Below, piece by piece: positions 25,660 to 39,417 of a stretch of DNA of 64,000 bases. The first letter of the stretch is position 1. Each line of letters opens with the position of its first letter. The stretch covers positions 645,053 to 709,052 of the forward strand of contig JALDTO010000215.1 in the NCBI GenBank assembly GCA_023515725.1. Reading direction: 5' to 3'. Origin of the DNA: Amoeboaphelidium protococcarum X5 (taxonomy: Eukaryota > Fungi > Aphelidiomycota). The translations under genes were made by a program, and so were the position numbers. The notes beneath the pieces are model-generated. The model was not told the DNA's origin. It made no database searches and saw nothing but the letters and a program-made list of their open reading frames with translations.

Positions 25660-28600
25660 ATGTCTGGTAAGTTGAAATCTGTATTGAAAAAGGCCAAAGA
25701 TGCGTTGACGGTTAAGGATTACAAGGAGGCGCGATCTCAGGCTGAAGAAGCCATGCGCATGGATACCACCAACTATTAGGCCATAGTGTTCTATGCTCTG
25801 GCTTGTGATAATCTCAATTTGGACAAGGATTCTGAAGAGTTTTACTAGAAGGCGGTAAAGTTATAGCCACAGTTTCCAGTTGCTTGGCAGGTATTTCTTT
25901 ATATAATTTATAGATTTCTGAAGTATTACAATTATGAGTGGTTTTTAATGTAGGGACTGGTGTCGTTGTATGAAAAGAGTAATCAGACTGAAAAGTTGCT
26001 GAGTTCGTACGATAAATTGACCAAAATATTCATAACGCAGTAAGTTTTGTAGTGTAATATACGCGGTATAATTGTGCTATCATTGAAAGTTGTAGAAATG
26101 AGAGCCGGAAGTTTGTGGAAATTGTCATCAAGTGGGCAGATAGGTTGGCAGATGGTCGTGACCGCGACAATGCTATTGAAGTTTTGAAGCGTTTGCTACC
26201 TGAAAGTGAGGACTATCATGTACTTAAGCTTGAGAATGTCGAAGACTGTCCTTCTGCTAGTTAAATTTGGCGTAAGTTGATATAATGGCGCGAATCTGGA
26301 GATTAGGAAGCCATCTAGAAAGAGGTAAATTCGCGCAAATTCAGACTGGGCGCACCACCTCTGTCATAAATCAGGGCTGAAGTGGAGAAGACTGTGTACA
26401 ATGCGAGTGATTTATATGAAATGTATGCTGCGTTGCTTGAACTAGTTGAAGTTGGAAGTTTGGAAGAGCATTAGCTACATGTGAAGTTGTGTGAGAGTCT
26501 GATGAGGAAGTTGCCGTATGCTGATCTGGAAGACAAGTAAGATGTAAGAAATGATATAAACTAACTGGTTGAGATGATCATGAGTTCGAGTTTCCCGCTG
26601 GAACCGCTTATAGTCGAGTATTGTCTTGAGAGCTAGGATGTTAGTCGTGTGGCTGATTATAACATCCAAGTGGTGCAAAAGTATTGTGAAAAGTTTCCCT
26701 CTCGGTAGCTGTCTTAGGGATTCTTATCTTTTATCAAGTTTATGCATGCCGCCGGTGATACTTAGGCAGATGAGAGGACAGAACTTTTAAAATCGATGCA
26801 GGATCTGAATAAGAGCTACAAGGATAGTATGTGCGTGCCATTGCTTCTGATTGAGATGTTGCTGTAGTATAAAGATTTTAACGGTGTGCTAGTATTAGTT
26901 AAATAAGCCAAGTAGCTGCTTGAGTCCAAGAGAGTGAATGAGCGCTCATTTTATCCCAGGATTGAGCGGAGACTTAATTTGACTATGGCCAGATGTTATG
27001 TGTAGAATGGCAGCTCTACTGAGACTGAATTGTTTGAAGCAGTTTCTATTTGCGAAGGCCTATTGAAGCAATTCTCGAATGATTTTGAAGCAGTGCTTCT
27101 CTTGATAGATGCCATGGAGAGATTGAAAGATTTTGAAAAGATGTTAGACCTTGTGCAGCGTGTATTGGCGGTTGATTAAAATAATAATCGTCTAAGAGCT
27201 AAACTATCATGGGCTCTATTTAATCTTGGCTAGTATCAACCCGCTTTGGAGCAATTGTTGTCTCTCGCCGAGGAATTGAAATCTTCTGCAGAGTACTACT
27301 ATCGACTTGGTCTCGTCTACTGGCATATGGATGAGACGCATAGACGGGATAAGGAGAAGTGCTTCAATATGTTTGTGAAAGCTGTTCAGATCGATTCTAC
27401 ATACTCTGATGCATTCACATATCTCGGTCATTATTATGCAGAGATTGCTGGCGATATGTCGAGGGCCAAGAAGTGTTATTAGAAATCTGTTACTGGCAGC
27501 TTAGTCTCTGAAGATGTTGGTATAAAGTTGGCCCGCTTATACGAAGAAGAGGGTGATACCGACTCGGCAATTTCTGTTTACCAGGCTGTGACTGAAAGCA
27601 ATAACAGATCTGTTACAGCTTGGGAGAGCTTGGGATACATTCAGTATCACAAGGAGAAATACAATGATGCTGCGATTGCGTTTTAATGTGCACTGCGTGT
27701 CGACTCTGCAAACTCTGAACTCTGGTCCATGTTAGGCCGCTGCTATCAGAATTTGAATCGTTATATTGCTGCACTTAAAGTGTATGGTAGAGTTATGCAG
27801 TTGAGTGAAAAATCTTTTATCGCCATGTATGGTATAGCTGTGTGCAAATGGAAGTTGTTTTCTTTCTAAGAAGCTCTAGAGTGGTTTGATGCTGCACTGG
27901 ATATATCTGGTAACTCTCAGACTTAAGTTGTGTGTGTTGCAAAAGCCTAATGCTTACTGGAGTATGGTAAGGACTTTATGGATGATGGATTGAGACATCG
28001 CGCAATTGAAGCCTTCATCTCCGCTGGTGAAATCCTACTCCTTGTATTAGATGCTTAGCCTGGCTTGATTACTGTCTGGAGACTGCTGCATGATTTATTT
28101 AATCTGTTGTAGATTGATATTCTACCTGAAAGGAGAGACTAATTACTAACTAGTTTTAATACTGTTGTCGGGTAGAATCTCCCTGGTCTGTGTGACGCAT
28201 CTCTATTTTGCATTGATTAGGCCCTAGAGTTGGCTTATCAATGCAATAGCCGCAAGTTGATAGCCCAGATGCTTTAACTGAAGGCTAGAGTCTACCTGAA
28301 CTCTCAAGATAATAACAATTCACTTTAGCTACTAAAGTAAGTAGTTTGCGTTGATCGAGATAATTCCTCTGCTTGGAATGACCTTGCTCGTACTAGTTCT
28401 GATTCTAATCTTGCTGTGGCTCTTCACTCTCTTGTCACTGCCATTGATATTGCATCTGTGACTGCTTCGACTTATTGGTTTAATTTGGCGGTGTATTACT
28501 ATTACGCGCAATCTGACATTTAATAAGCTGGCAAGGCACTCAGTTTTGCTCAAGCTCTAGATCCATTGCTGGCGCCTATATGGTTCTTGACTGCTCATTT

Positions 28601-30137
28601 GAAATTGTCAGAGACTTCTGTTGATACTCTGAATCTATACAGACACGCGTGCCAGCTGTCAGTTGTGCCCAAGTATCATTAAACTATGTCGTTTGGGATT
28701 GAGCTGTACCTGCATGATAAGTTTCTGCAAGAAGATGGAGAGTTTTGCCTGTATCTAATTGAGCGTATTTTGAAATAGAAGCCTCGAGACTATTAGATGC
28801 TACTTCTACAAGGATTGCTGCATTTGCGCATGTCCCAGTACGATGCCGCGATGCATTCATATAGGAAGGCTTAGAAGTTTGCCCCGGACAATGATATCTA
28901 GTTTGCCAATAGTTGTGACTCTAGCTTAGCTAAATGTCTTTTGTAATCGGCTGAAGATTATACAGAGGCTGTGTCTTTATATAAAGCTCTTTTGATGCGC
29001 AAAACTACTAAAGAGACTGTTATTGGGCTGGCATTGTCGCTGTATCATTCCGGATCTTAAGATGAGGCTGTGGTGTACATTGATCAGTTCCTGAGTCAAG
29101 TTGATGGGCTGTTGAAAGTCAAGGCGATGTTATTGAAGGCTCAGATGCTGTTTTCTGCACAGGATGGTACATAATCAAATCTTAAGGCTAGAGATTGTCT
29201 ATTCATGTGTTATCAGCAGAATCCGTCATTTTTGGAGGCTATCAAAATTCTATTAGCTCTTGGTCTAGTTTCAAAGGATAAGGAGCTATCACAGGCTGCA
29301 CTGATGGAAATGAAATCCATCCCGTTTGAATCAATGACTGATCAGGATCTATTGCATCTGAGTTTATTGAAGGTTGAATACTTAATCGACTCGCAATCCG
29401 TATCTGATGGTGTCAAGTATCTTTTGAGTTATGCTCACTTGCATCCTGATAACGCCTAGATATGGTACACTTTCTCCAAATTGTACTTAAAGGGAGTACT
29501 GTAGACTGAGAGTCATATTGATACCGCTATTGCTCACAGTTAACTTTGTTTAAGTGCAAATGACACACACGATGGCGTGTTGTAGTCAGTTTTAATACGT
29601 TCGTGCGTGAATGTTCCGCTTTCAGATCCTGCTTATGGGATAGAGCTGATGCGTCTCGTTCATAAGTATCCTCACAGGCTTGATGTACTGTGCTTTTTGT
29701 TGGTTGCTTAGGCTAAGCGAGCTGAAGAGTGTATCAAAGAAAGGGATATACCATCTGCAACCGATGCTATCAGTAAAATCGAAATATTCTTAAGCTTGAT
29801 TAAAGCGACGAATGAACAATCTCAGAAGGATCGAGCTCTGACGGGGTGGCTTTAAATATTTGAAGCTGATTTGATGAACAACAAGTTTTTATGCGATTTG
29901 GTCAGTTCTGATGACTTGATAGCCAGTTTGCAGTAGTTGGATGAACTCAACTCTACGCTAGGAGCTGATATATCTACATCTGTCAAAGCTCAAGGATACA
30001 TTGTGCTTGCGAGGTGTCTAATGTCTGTAGATGCATGCGACCAGGCCATGGACTGTTACAATCAATCGATAAAACTATCTCCACTAAACCAATGGATATC
30101 GGTTGAGAAGTAGAATCAGTAAAAGTCTATCAAGTGA
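25660..30137 (+). CDS. SKI3: Superkiller protein 3 / TTC37 (TPR); introns 25891-25953 and 26040-26095
   Basis: LKKAKDAL..KDY, NYQAIVF, AWQGL, AFTYLGHYY..RAKKCYQK; many TPRs; about 1450 aa. Confidence 0.9.
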
Positions 30138-30207
30138 AATCAATATAGTAGTCAAGTAACGTAACAACAAAATACATGTATTGACATGCAACATGAGTGA
30201 ATAGTGA

Positions 30208-30921
30208 TCACTTGAAATATCGATTCATAAACTTTTTGTGAAAATCAGTCTTAAGAATATCATTACTGTCTACTACTGAAGCAGGCCTTGCCGCGCTATT
30301 GAAGCTGCTCTACTGCTGTGGTCCAGAAGTACGAGGAGGAGCCTAATTTCTAAATACTGTATCGTCATTCCATCTCCTCTTTAAATTAAGTGCATCATTC
30401 TATACATTCTTGGTGCCGGATGATGATGATTATTACTATTGAGCCTTTTGACTCGCCTTCTCCTATTTAATCTTTTCTAATTCCAATAGAAGCTACTCAG
30501 TATCATCTTCACTATCGTCTTCACCATCATCGCTCGCAGAATCTACATTATCATCCAATTACCGCTTAACACCCTTAGCTTTAAGAGCCTCTGTTGATCC
30601 GTCTTCATCGCCAGACTCTGAGACATCATTCATATCAATTCCATCTTCCGATCCATACTCCGCTTCAATCTACTCATGCTCTCCTTCGGCAACTAGAAAA
30701 TCATCTCCATCCTCATCCTCACTATACTCATTGAATTAATCTGCATCATCATTAGGTGCAGCAGTAGATTAGATTTTCCGCTTCTTTACAAATTTATCGA
30801 GATCATGCCTCTATTTCAATCGAGTTTAAGACGTTTATTAAACCGCCGTTCTTTATCGCAAAGGGAAACTCTCCTTTGTACTAATACCACCTCTCGCCGC
30901 TTTAACTTGAATTTTTCCCAT
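30208..30921 (-). CDS. CWC15: Spliceosome component Cwc15
   Basis: TRLKQR, EDDTEQLLLELEKIK, KRRWNDDTVFRNQA, NDILKTDFHKKFMNRY. Confidence 0.9.
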
Positions 30922-31260
30922 CCTAAATGATGACAAATGTCAGACTATTGTAATGTCTTTTTACCACTTTAACGAAATGGTCAGAATTGCAAAGATGACA
31001 ATCGTCTTCGAAACGAAAAGTCGTCGGAATTGGAGGAAATTGAGCGAGCGCGTCTCTCTCTCTCTTTCTCTTCTGCTCCAAGTCAGTCGCTCAATCAAAC
31101 TTGGACGCGCAACTTTAAAAGTCAACACTCATCAGCGCGCATAAAACGCCACCTCATCGTCGCAACTCTTTAATTCATTTCCTGTTATATCTCAACAATC
31201 TTCAAAGCACTTTGCTATTCAAAATCTTCTAAATAAAAATAAATCACCCTTTTATCAAGT

Positions 31261-31953
31261 ATGTATGTTAAATAACTGCTCTCTCTAGCAATGATGGTGA
31301 TCGACAATCTGAGTCTTCAGAATCAGTATAGACTGGATTTTGAAGCAGTAACTATTGTGAGTGGTGATCCTTCATCTCCCGTTAATACTCAAGCAAGTGG
31401 CACTCTGTTTAAAGATTTTAGTCAAGATGGTAATGGTGATAAGAGAATGTCGCGAATGTACTTGCAGGGTGAGAAATATGATTGGCACATGATGAAACAA
31501 CTGTAGATCAACGACACCATGTACGTTGCAGATCTTACCGTGGGAGAGTGTGAGGTGTTCCTCGTACCGTCTGAAGAAAAGGGCAGACTTGGTTTGAACT
31601 TGTCTGATTTCAAGTACGCCGGAAGGGAATATGTGAAGCGACACAGACAGACGCGCCCGGTCCAGGTGTGGACGTGGAGAATGGAGAAGGCGGTTGAAAC
31701 AGATCTGGGACGTGTTCTGATTCAAGCCACTTACCAGAATCAGCCGTACAAATCCCTGCTAGATCCTCGCGATTGCAACGTTGCGCAGAAAACTCTTGTC
31801 AGGAACGCGCCTTATCGCCTTTCGCTGAAACTGCTTCTCCTACAGACTGAAATCACCATTGTCACAGAGTATGACTGTTATGTGCCTAATTTTGATGATT
31901 TCGATGACGACTATGTGTTTGGCATCCCCTCTGTATGTATCAATTAAGACTGA
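31261..31953 (+). CDS. Hypothetical protein, possible ependymin-related (EPDR/LolA-fold)
   Basis: 230-aa ORF; YAGREYV..VQVWTW and C-terminal VFGIPSVC resemble EPDR-family patterns. Confidence 0.6.
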
Positions 31954-32166
31954 ATATGTATATTAAGCAATGTACAATACTCCCATATTTGTATATCACT
32001 TTTTTGTTTACATCTGTCAGACTTTTTTTGTTGTCGCACTGATTTTGCTAGTCTTTACTTGACTCAAATTTCTACCAGCGTCGCGCGTTAAAAAGGCTCA
32101 AATTGAGTGACTTGAATGAAAGTTTTCTTCATTTACAATAGTTGAATAGGAGACCGAGAGAGTGGG

Positions 32167-34146
32167 ATGGTTGTAGAAATTGTGGTAATAGTATTGACCA
32201 TACTATTATTGGCCGCTCAGTTCTATTTCTAGAGCGTAAAAGACGCGTCTTCTGCCAGAGAAATTAAGAACTCGTCAGATAGAGGACATGTAGTGATGGA
32301 AGATCTGGATGTTCGAGATGAAATTGAGACTCCCACTAAGAAATCAATCTAAATATGGTATGGTACGCAGACATTTGCTGCTAAAGAATTTTCGCTTGCT
32401 TTGAAGCAAAAGGTTGGAAAGGTGCTGCCTGATATTGACGTCAATGTTATGAACCTATCCAAGTTTGATGATGACGTTCTGACGCGTTAAAGTAGCAGAC
32501 GTGCCATGAAGCTGATCATCGTTATACCCACGTACGAGAATGGAACTCCTCCTGGTAATGCATCTCTATTCTATAAATGGCTAGATGATTTCAAAAATGA
32601 TTTCAGAGTGAGCAGAGATGAATTGAAGGGACTTGAGTATGCCGTGTTCGGTCTTGGTCACTCTGACTATACGTAGAACTTTAATGCTGTGGCAAAACGC
32701 GTCGATTTTAATCTGGCAAGTCTTGGAGCACAGAAAATTGCAATTACAGGTCTGGGTGATTTTGCGTATAATATTGCTTAAGACTTTGATGTTTGGTCTG
32801 AAGGATTGGTATTGGCTTTGAGTGGTAGTGCTGTGCCTGTCGGCTAGCAGTAGAATGAAGAACAGGCTATTGTATCTGATGAAGAGGAGGACTAAGAAGA
32901 GGGTGATGGTGCAGGCGATGTTATGGATTTAGAAGATGTTGGTAACTATGGAGAGTCCAAGAATTAAGCTGCTGGTAATGCTCCGCGTGAAATGGTCAAT
33001 CCGATGCTGCACAAGTCACTGACCAAGTAGGGATACAAAATCGTTGGATCTCATTCTGGTGTTAAGATTTGCAGATGGACCAAGAGTATGTTGAGAGGTA
33101 GAGGTGGTTGTTATAAGCATACATTTTACGGAATCGCGTCCCACCAGTGTATGGAGACTACACCATCTCTTGCCTGTGCTAACAAGTGCGTCTTCTGCTG
33201 GAGACATCACACTAATCCTGTGGGTACAACGTGGCGATGGAAGATTGATGATCCTAAAAGTGTACTGGATGGTGCTATTGATGGTCATTATTCAATGATT
33301 AAACAATTGAAAGGAGTTCCCGGTGTACAAGAGGATCGCATGAAGGAGGCGTTTGATATCAGACATTGTGCACTGTCCCTCGTCGGTGAGCCCATCATGT
33401 ATCCGCACATCAATGAGTTTGTTGAGATGTTGCATGCTCGACGCATCTCCAGTTTCCTGGTGACTAATGCCCAATTTCCTGAAATGATTACCAACTTGTC
33501 TCCCGTTACTCAGCTGTATGTCAGTGTCGATGCTGCCACCAAAGAGTCTCTAAAGAAGATTGACCGTCCACTCTTTGAAGACTTTTGGGAGAGATTTGTC
33601 GGGTCGCTGGATGCCATCAGGAATAAAGGACAGAGAACCGTGTACCGTCTGACTCTGGTCAAGGATTACAACACGGAAGACTTGTCTCACTATTGCGACT
33701 TGATCAGAAGAGGATAGCCAGATTTCATAGAGGTTAAGGGTGTGACATTTTGTGGATTCAGTGCATCGTCCCCCATAAGAATGTCAAATGTTCCGTATCA
33801 GCATGAAGTGGTCGATTTTGTGAAGAAGCTGATTGCCGAGTTGGGATCTGATATTGAGTATGAGATTGCGTGTGAACATGAACACTCATGCTCAGTGCTA
33901 GTGGCGCATAAGAAGTTTTATATTGACGAGAGATGGCATACGTGGATTGATTATGATAGATTCCATGACTTGATCTAATCTGGCGTTCCATTTGACTCTC
34001 TTGACTACGTGGCACCAACTCCAGACTGGGCTGTCTACGGTGATCAGGCGAAGGGATTCGACCCCGAGATGACGAGGCATTTTAGAAAGCAGAAGGCGTA
34101 AAAGATTGCAATTGAAATTGAAAACAATGAAATGGTTGGTAATTGA
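32167..34146 (+). CDS. TYW1: tRNA 4-demethylwyosine synthase (flavodoxin + radical SAM)
   Basis: YGTQT flavodoxin start; GSHSGVKICRWTK, CANKCVFCWRH, GEP, EVKGVTFCG, WIDYDRF. Confidence 0.96.
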
Positions 34147-34382
34147 GACTAAATAAGAATAATAATAAAAATATGAGTACAATTATCGCGGCAATCCCCT
34201 GTACCTTACTTACTGACTACAGTTTAAAGAGCAGATCGATCATGAGGTGCGTTTCATCGCCATAATTTCCTCTTTTCGTCGTTCCGTCCGTCCGTCCGTT
34301 CGATGAGATTTCTCTCGCCCTTTCATCCCTCGTTTAGTATATCTTTAAATACTATTGCAAAAGGCGGGGTATATCTTATATA

Positions 34383-36278
34383 ATGTCCTCCTCTTAATAA
34401 TAATAGTAGTAATAATAATAATCTAATTTGTATTAATTTACGCCTGGGCATCCACTGACTAATGCGGCTTTGAGGTCTATTCTTTCGCTATTCAAGAGAG
34501 ATTTCATTGAAACTTGGTATTTATGGTTGTGTCCGGCAGAGTATGAATTTAGTCAAGATCTGATGAAGGCTCTTGCACAGATCTGCTCAACCATCGAGTC
34601 AAATGCTTAGAATGTTGATTGGGATAGGATTATATGCTATGATTTATTCAAGATTTTGAATAAACATTTGCAAGACTTTAGAGATGCACAGAGAAGTCTA
34701 TATGACTTGGAACGGCGAGATGGTGTGAGTGAATCTGTATTTGTTAGATAGTACTTGGTGCGATAACATCCCTCTATACAAGGTATTGATGATAGAGGTA
34801 AAGAGTCTCTGTTGATCACTAAATTGATTCAGTTAACTCTAGTTCGGGTATTTGGTTAAGCGTCAAATTTGACATAATAATTACTTTTGGAGATATTGCG
34901 TAGTGTTCTACTACAGATTTTCGAAAGGATATCAGATCCCACATTTCTGCATGAAGTAGTGCTTAATATTTGTGATTTTATAGTAAAGGTTGAGGATTAA
35001 GATTTGATGTTTAAGTTAAAGTAGCGGGTGCAGTCTAATCCTCAATTGAATACTATCTCCTCCAATATTAATGTAAATGTTAATAGTAATACTGGTAATA
35101 ATGGTAATAAGAAGCGTACAGTTGGTCATAAAAAGTCGAGTAGTGAAGTTTAGCTTACATATGTGTCTGATATTAAAACTCATTTGCATGGTGGTGTGTA
35201 AAGTGCGATTAAAGTCAGGCGGTCAAAGGATATGACGGATGTTAATCATTAAGCTACCAGTGGCAATGGGGACGCCTCATTATCCTCCAATAGCAATGGC
35301 AAGAAGTTTACAGTTATTTAAAGAAATCAGATTTAAACTTAGTCTCTTCCTGTGGAAACAAAGCTGGTCAGCAATCCTAAGTAGTTATTACCAGATTTAT
35401 CGCCAGATAAGAGTTTTGAACAAGATCGCGTTACTCCATCTGCAACTCCTCCTAATATCTCATTGCCGATGCTGGTACTTATATGGGCAGTTTAGTTTAT
35501 AAAAAGACTCTTTTCAGAGTTTCTTTTAAGGCCTACACAATCTACCACCTCTAGATAAGTTTCATCTACATTATTCTCCCATACTTCTGCTCCTACTCAA
35601 CAGAGTCATCGCTCACTCTTGCAGCCTCAGATTGATGATTAATTTTGGAATTTTATCGCTTCTTTATTCAAGTTGGACACGTACTATGCTGTACCGTGGA
35701 CTCTGTTTATGATTGTATATAGGCCGTACGTTTGGTTCATGTTTGGTCCGTCTATCAGGAATATTATTCGATCTGGAATATCTAGAAGCCTCAGTGACAA
35801 GAGCATCTCGTTCGTCATTCGCCTCTTGGAGTAATCATTATGGCCAGATTAGAAATGGGGATCTCCTTTGGTGCCGCGAACTGAGCAGGATAAAGCACAG
35901 ATTTTGGATTAAGCTCAGAAGGCACTAAGGAGACTGTCGGATAAGATTCATTTGGTAGATACATTAGGCGCGGAAGTTGTCGATGGAGCAATCTCTACTC
36001 TGGTGCAGGCAACATCTCATAAGTAACTTAACAAGGCTGTGATTTATGCCGCCATAGATCATCTTTTAGTGTAGCTGTTTGCTGACGCTGATTAATTGTC
36101 CGATAATGGCCATGCTGTAAAATAATAAGAAGCAGTTCAGGATCTCTAGAATCATGTATCTTCTACTGTAGATGGTATTCTCATTTCCACATCTCAAGCA
36201 ACGTCCAAGTTGATGATGATGACATCTGAACAGAACAACATCCGACCTGCGGTCAAGAAGCGATTCAACAAAAATTGA
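34383..36278 (+). CDS. PXA + Nexin_C (PXC) domain protein (SNX13/Mdm1-related)
   Basis: RDFIETWY..VDW..KHL..ISDP PXA pattern; C-terminal LWPD..PRTEQDK..LNK..DHLLVQLF. Confidence 0.75.
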
Positions 36279-36414
36279 AGTGACTTTAAATAGAATGATG
36301 AGAATTGTCAAGTTTCAATCGTTGCTTTATTCTTTCATTAGCTCAAATTGTTCCATGGTGGATGATATATCAAATGATGACAAACTCATCCAACCAACCT
36401 ATCACTCAATCTGC

Positions 36415-38177
36415 TCAAGCAGCAAAAGTCTTGAGAAAGTTTGGCATGATGGTATCCTTCAACTTCTTGTTCATGTCATCGCTAATCTTACCATCCTTCT
36501 TGATACCGTCAATCAACTCTGGGTATTGGCTCTTCACAAATGGAATGATAGCCTTCTCGAACTCGCCAACCTTGTTCACTGGCAGCTTATCCAAGAAACC
36601 ATTGACACCGGCATAGATGATGACCACCTACTCCTCAACAGGTAGAGGGCTGTACTGCTTCTGCTTCAAGAGCTCAGTCAGACGAGCACCACGGTTCAGT
36701 GTGAACTGAGTGGAAGCATCAAGATCAGAACCAAACTGTGCGAATGCAGCAACTTCACGATACTGAGCCAAGAAAAGCTTCAGCGAACCGGCAACCTACT
36801 TCATAGCCTTGATCTGGGCAGCAGAACCGACACGGGACACGGAAAGACCAACGTTAATAGCTGGACGCACACCCTTAAAGAACAGCTCAGCTTCCAAGAA
36901 AATCTGGCCATCAGTAATACTAATCACGTTGGTAGGAATGTAAGCAGACACATCACCACCCTGAGTCTCAATGATAGGCAGCGCAGTCAGACTACCACCA
37001 CCAAACTTGACGTTCATCTTGGCAGCACGCTCCAACAGACGACTGTGCAAGTAGAAAACATCACCAGGATAAGCTTCTCTACCTGGTGGACGACGCAGCA
37101 GCAGAGACATTTGACGATAAGCCACGGCCTGCTTGGACAAGTCATCATAGATGATCAGTGCATGCTTACCATTATCACGGAAGTGCTCACCCATGGTACA
37201 TCCAGAGTAAGGAGCCAAGAACTGCAATGGAGCAGCCTCACTAGCAGTAGCAGCCACAACAATAGAGTACTTCAGAGCATCGTACTGCTCCAGAGTCTGC
37301 ACAAACTGAGCCACGGTGGATCTCTTCTGACCGACAGCGACGTAGACACAGTACAGCTTTCTGCTCTCATCATTACCATCGTTCCATCTCTTCTGGTTGA
37401 TGATGGTATCCAGAGCAACGGCAGTCTTACCAGTCTAACGATCACCAATAATCAACTCACGCTGACCACGACCAATAGGCACCATGGAGTCGATACACTT
37501 GATACCGGTCTGCATAGGCTCGTTCACAGACTGACGAGGGATAATACCAGGAGCCTTGACTTGCACACGCGCACGCTTCACATTCTGGATAGGACCCTTA
37601 CCATCAATAGGATTACCAAGAGCATCAACAACACGTCCGAGCAGACCCTCACCTTATGGAACGTCCACAATGTTACCGGTACGCTTCACAGTGTCACCTT
37701 CCTTGATCTGACGATCGTTACCAAAGACCACAATACCGACATTGTCAGCTTCCAAGTTCAAAGCCATACCCTACAAGTTTATAGCGATAATGAATATGAA
37801 CAATACAATGCCATACGAATCCTTACCTGCACACCGCTGGAGAATTCCACCATCTCCTCTGCTTGAACATTACGTAGACCGTACACACGAGCGATACCGT
37901 CACCGATGGACAGAACGCGACCAGTCTCTTGCAGATCAACGTTCTTGTTTGCGCCCAAGATACGCTCCTCCAGAATAGAGGTAACTTCACTTGCACCCGC
38001 CTTGGCCATAACCACGGAAGTGCTTCCCAAGTTGCGCTTCATGACGATAGCGGAGTTCTACACATTTCAAGGTGGACGAGAGGACGAGAAGTTGATAAAT
38101 AACTAGTCTTCATAACGGAATCTTACGTTCTAAGAGACTGCTGTCAGTCTTGCCAATGGTCTACCAATCTTTAACAT
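36415..38177 (-). CDS. ATP1: Mitochondrial F1 ATP synthase subunit alpha (nuclear-encoded); introns 38058-38126 and 37771-37826
   Basis: Near-canonical sequence: [41 protein letters not shown]; N-terminal presequence. Confidence 0.98.
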
Positions 38178-38651
38178 TATGTATATTATGCGATACGCTA
38201 AAAGATAAAGTTGTAATTGTTCTCTCTATGTAATAAGTAGGAAGAAAGAAGGCGGAAGAGTGAATGAACGAACGAATAGCTGAAGAGGAATGTGCGAAGG
38301 AGGAAAGTTTTTGCGAGAGCGATTGACTTTGCCTTGTTCGGTGCTCTCTCAATTCTTTCAGTGACGACGGGCGGTCGTTGAAGTTTCTCCGTCACGTCGT
38401 TCGCGGCTGTTGATATAACGCTGCTCTCTTTTCTCCTCTCGTTCTCTCTCATCGACTACTTGCACTGCAATAACGCGCGCATATAATTTTTCTGCTTGTT
38501 CAACAAAGATAAGCGATCAACACAGATTTCGCCTTAACCTTAGTCACACGCGTCATTCCAGTGCTCCCATTATTGTTGCCCGTATAAAGATCATACTCGA
38601 TATTGCTATACGAAGAGTCTCATCAATAAGAGAAGTATTACGTATAATAAA

Positions 38652-39299
38652 ATGCTAACCGCTGTTCGATAAATTATTTCCAAAAGGCTATATAGGTCGC
38701 CAGAGTACCCGTAGAAAGTGTGGAAGCCAGTACTAAGCCAGGCTGATGCTGAGAATCTATCTAAAATTTATAAGACGCGAAATACTAATTAAAGACCAAA
38801 GAATATTGTGATTAAAGAACAAGATCATTTATAATCAACCTCGTAATCTAAATTGTCAGAGTCTACACTTGGAGCTCTTCTCAAAATTAAATAACAAGCT
38901 CAATGTCTCATCACCTCTCCTGTTAGTACATAGGCGCAATCGGCCATGTATGCCACGGTGGAAATTAATTAGAAGCCATTCTCGGTCCTCAAGAATGATA
39001 TCGTCATCACTAAACGTCTCAAGCACACTAAAGTTGGTGACGAACTTCTACTGACGCGTATCCGTGAGATTGGCACGCGAGATTATTTTCTGAAAGGCTA
39101 ACCTCTGGTGCCATCGGAGAATTGTATTGTTAAAGCTATGGTACTGGAGCACACTCTGTCAGCTAAATACATTACATATAGGCGTAGAGTCGGCCAAGGA
39201 CCAGGTGATAGGAAATGGCGAAAGCGCAGTTATCGCGATCATTTGACGACTCTTCGCATCACCGATATTGACGTCAACATTCCCCAGTCATCGCAATGA
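38652..39299 (+). CDS. Mitochondrial ribosomal protein bL21m
   Basis: YATVEI..PFSV.KNDIV, VGDELLLTRIREIGTRDY.LKG.P, TTLRITDI. Confidence 0.82.
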
Positions 39300-39417
39300 A
39301 TGTGATTGAGTTGTAATACATAAGATAGAATTATATTTATCGACTTCTTATATCTCTTTGTTTTCCCATTAGTGTTTTAAACTATCGTTTCACCCATTCT
39401 TTTGTCGAAGGCGTTTC

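Noticed and set aside
37045-37866. 273-aa plus-strand ORF
   Set aside because: Antisense shadow of the codon-biased ATP1 gene; the same applies to ORFs opposite the subtilisin and VPS10.
36415-38177. Mitochondrial DNA insertion (NUMT) or bacterial atpA
   Set aside because: It has spliceosomal introns, a presequence and the nuclear TAG=Gln code.
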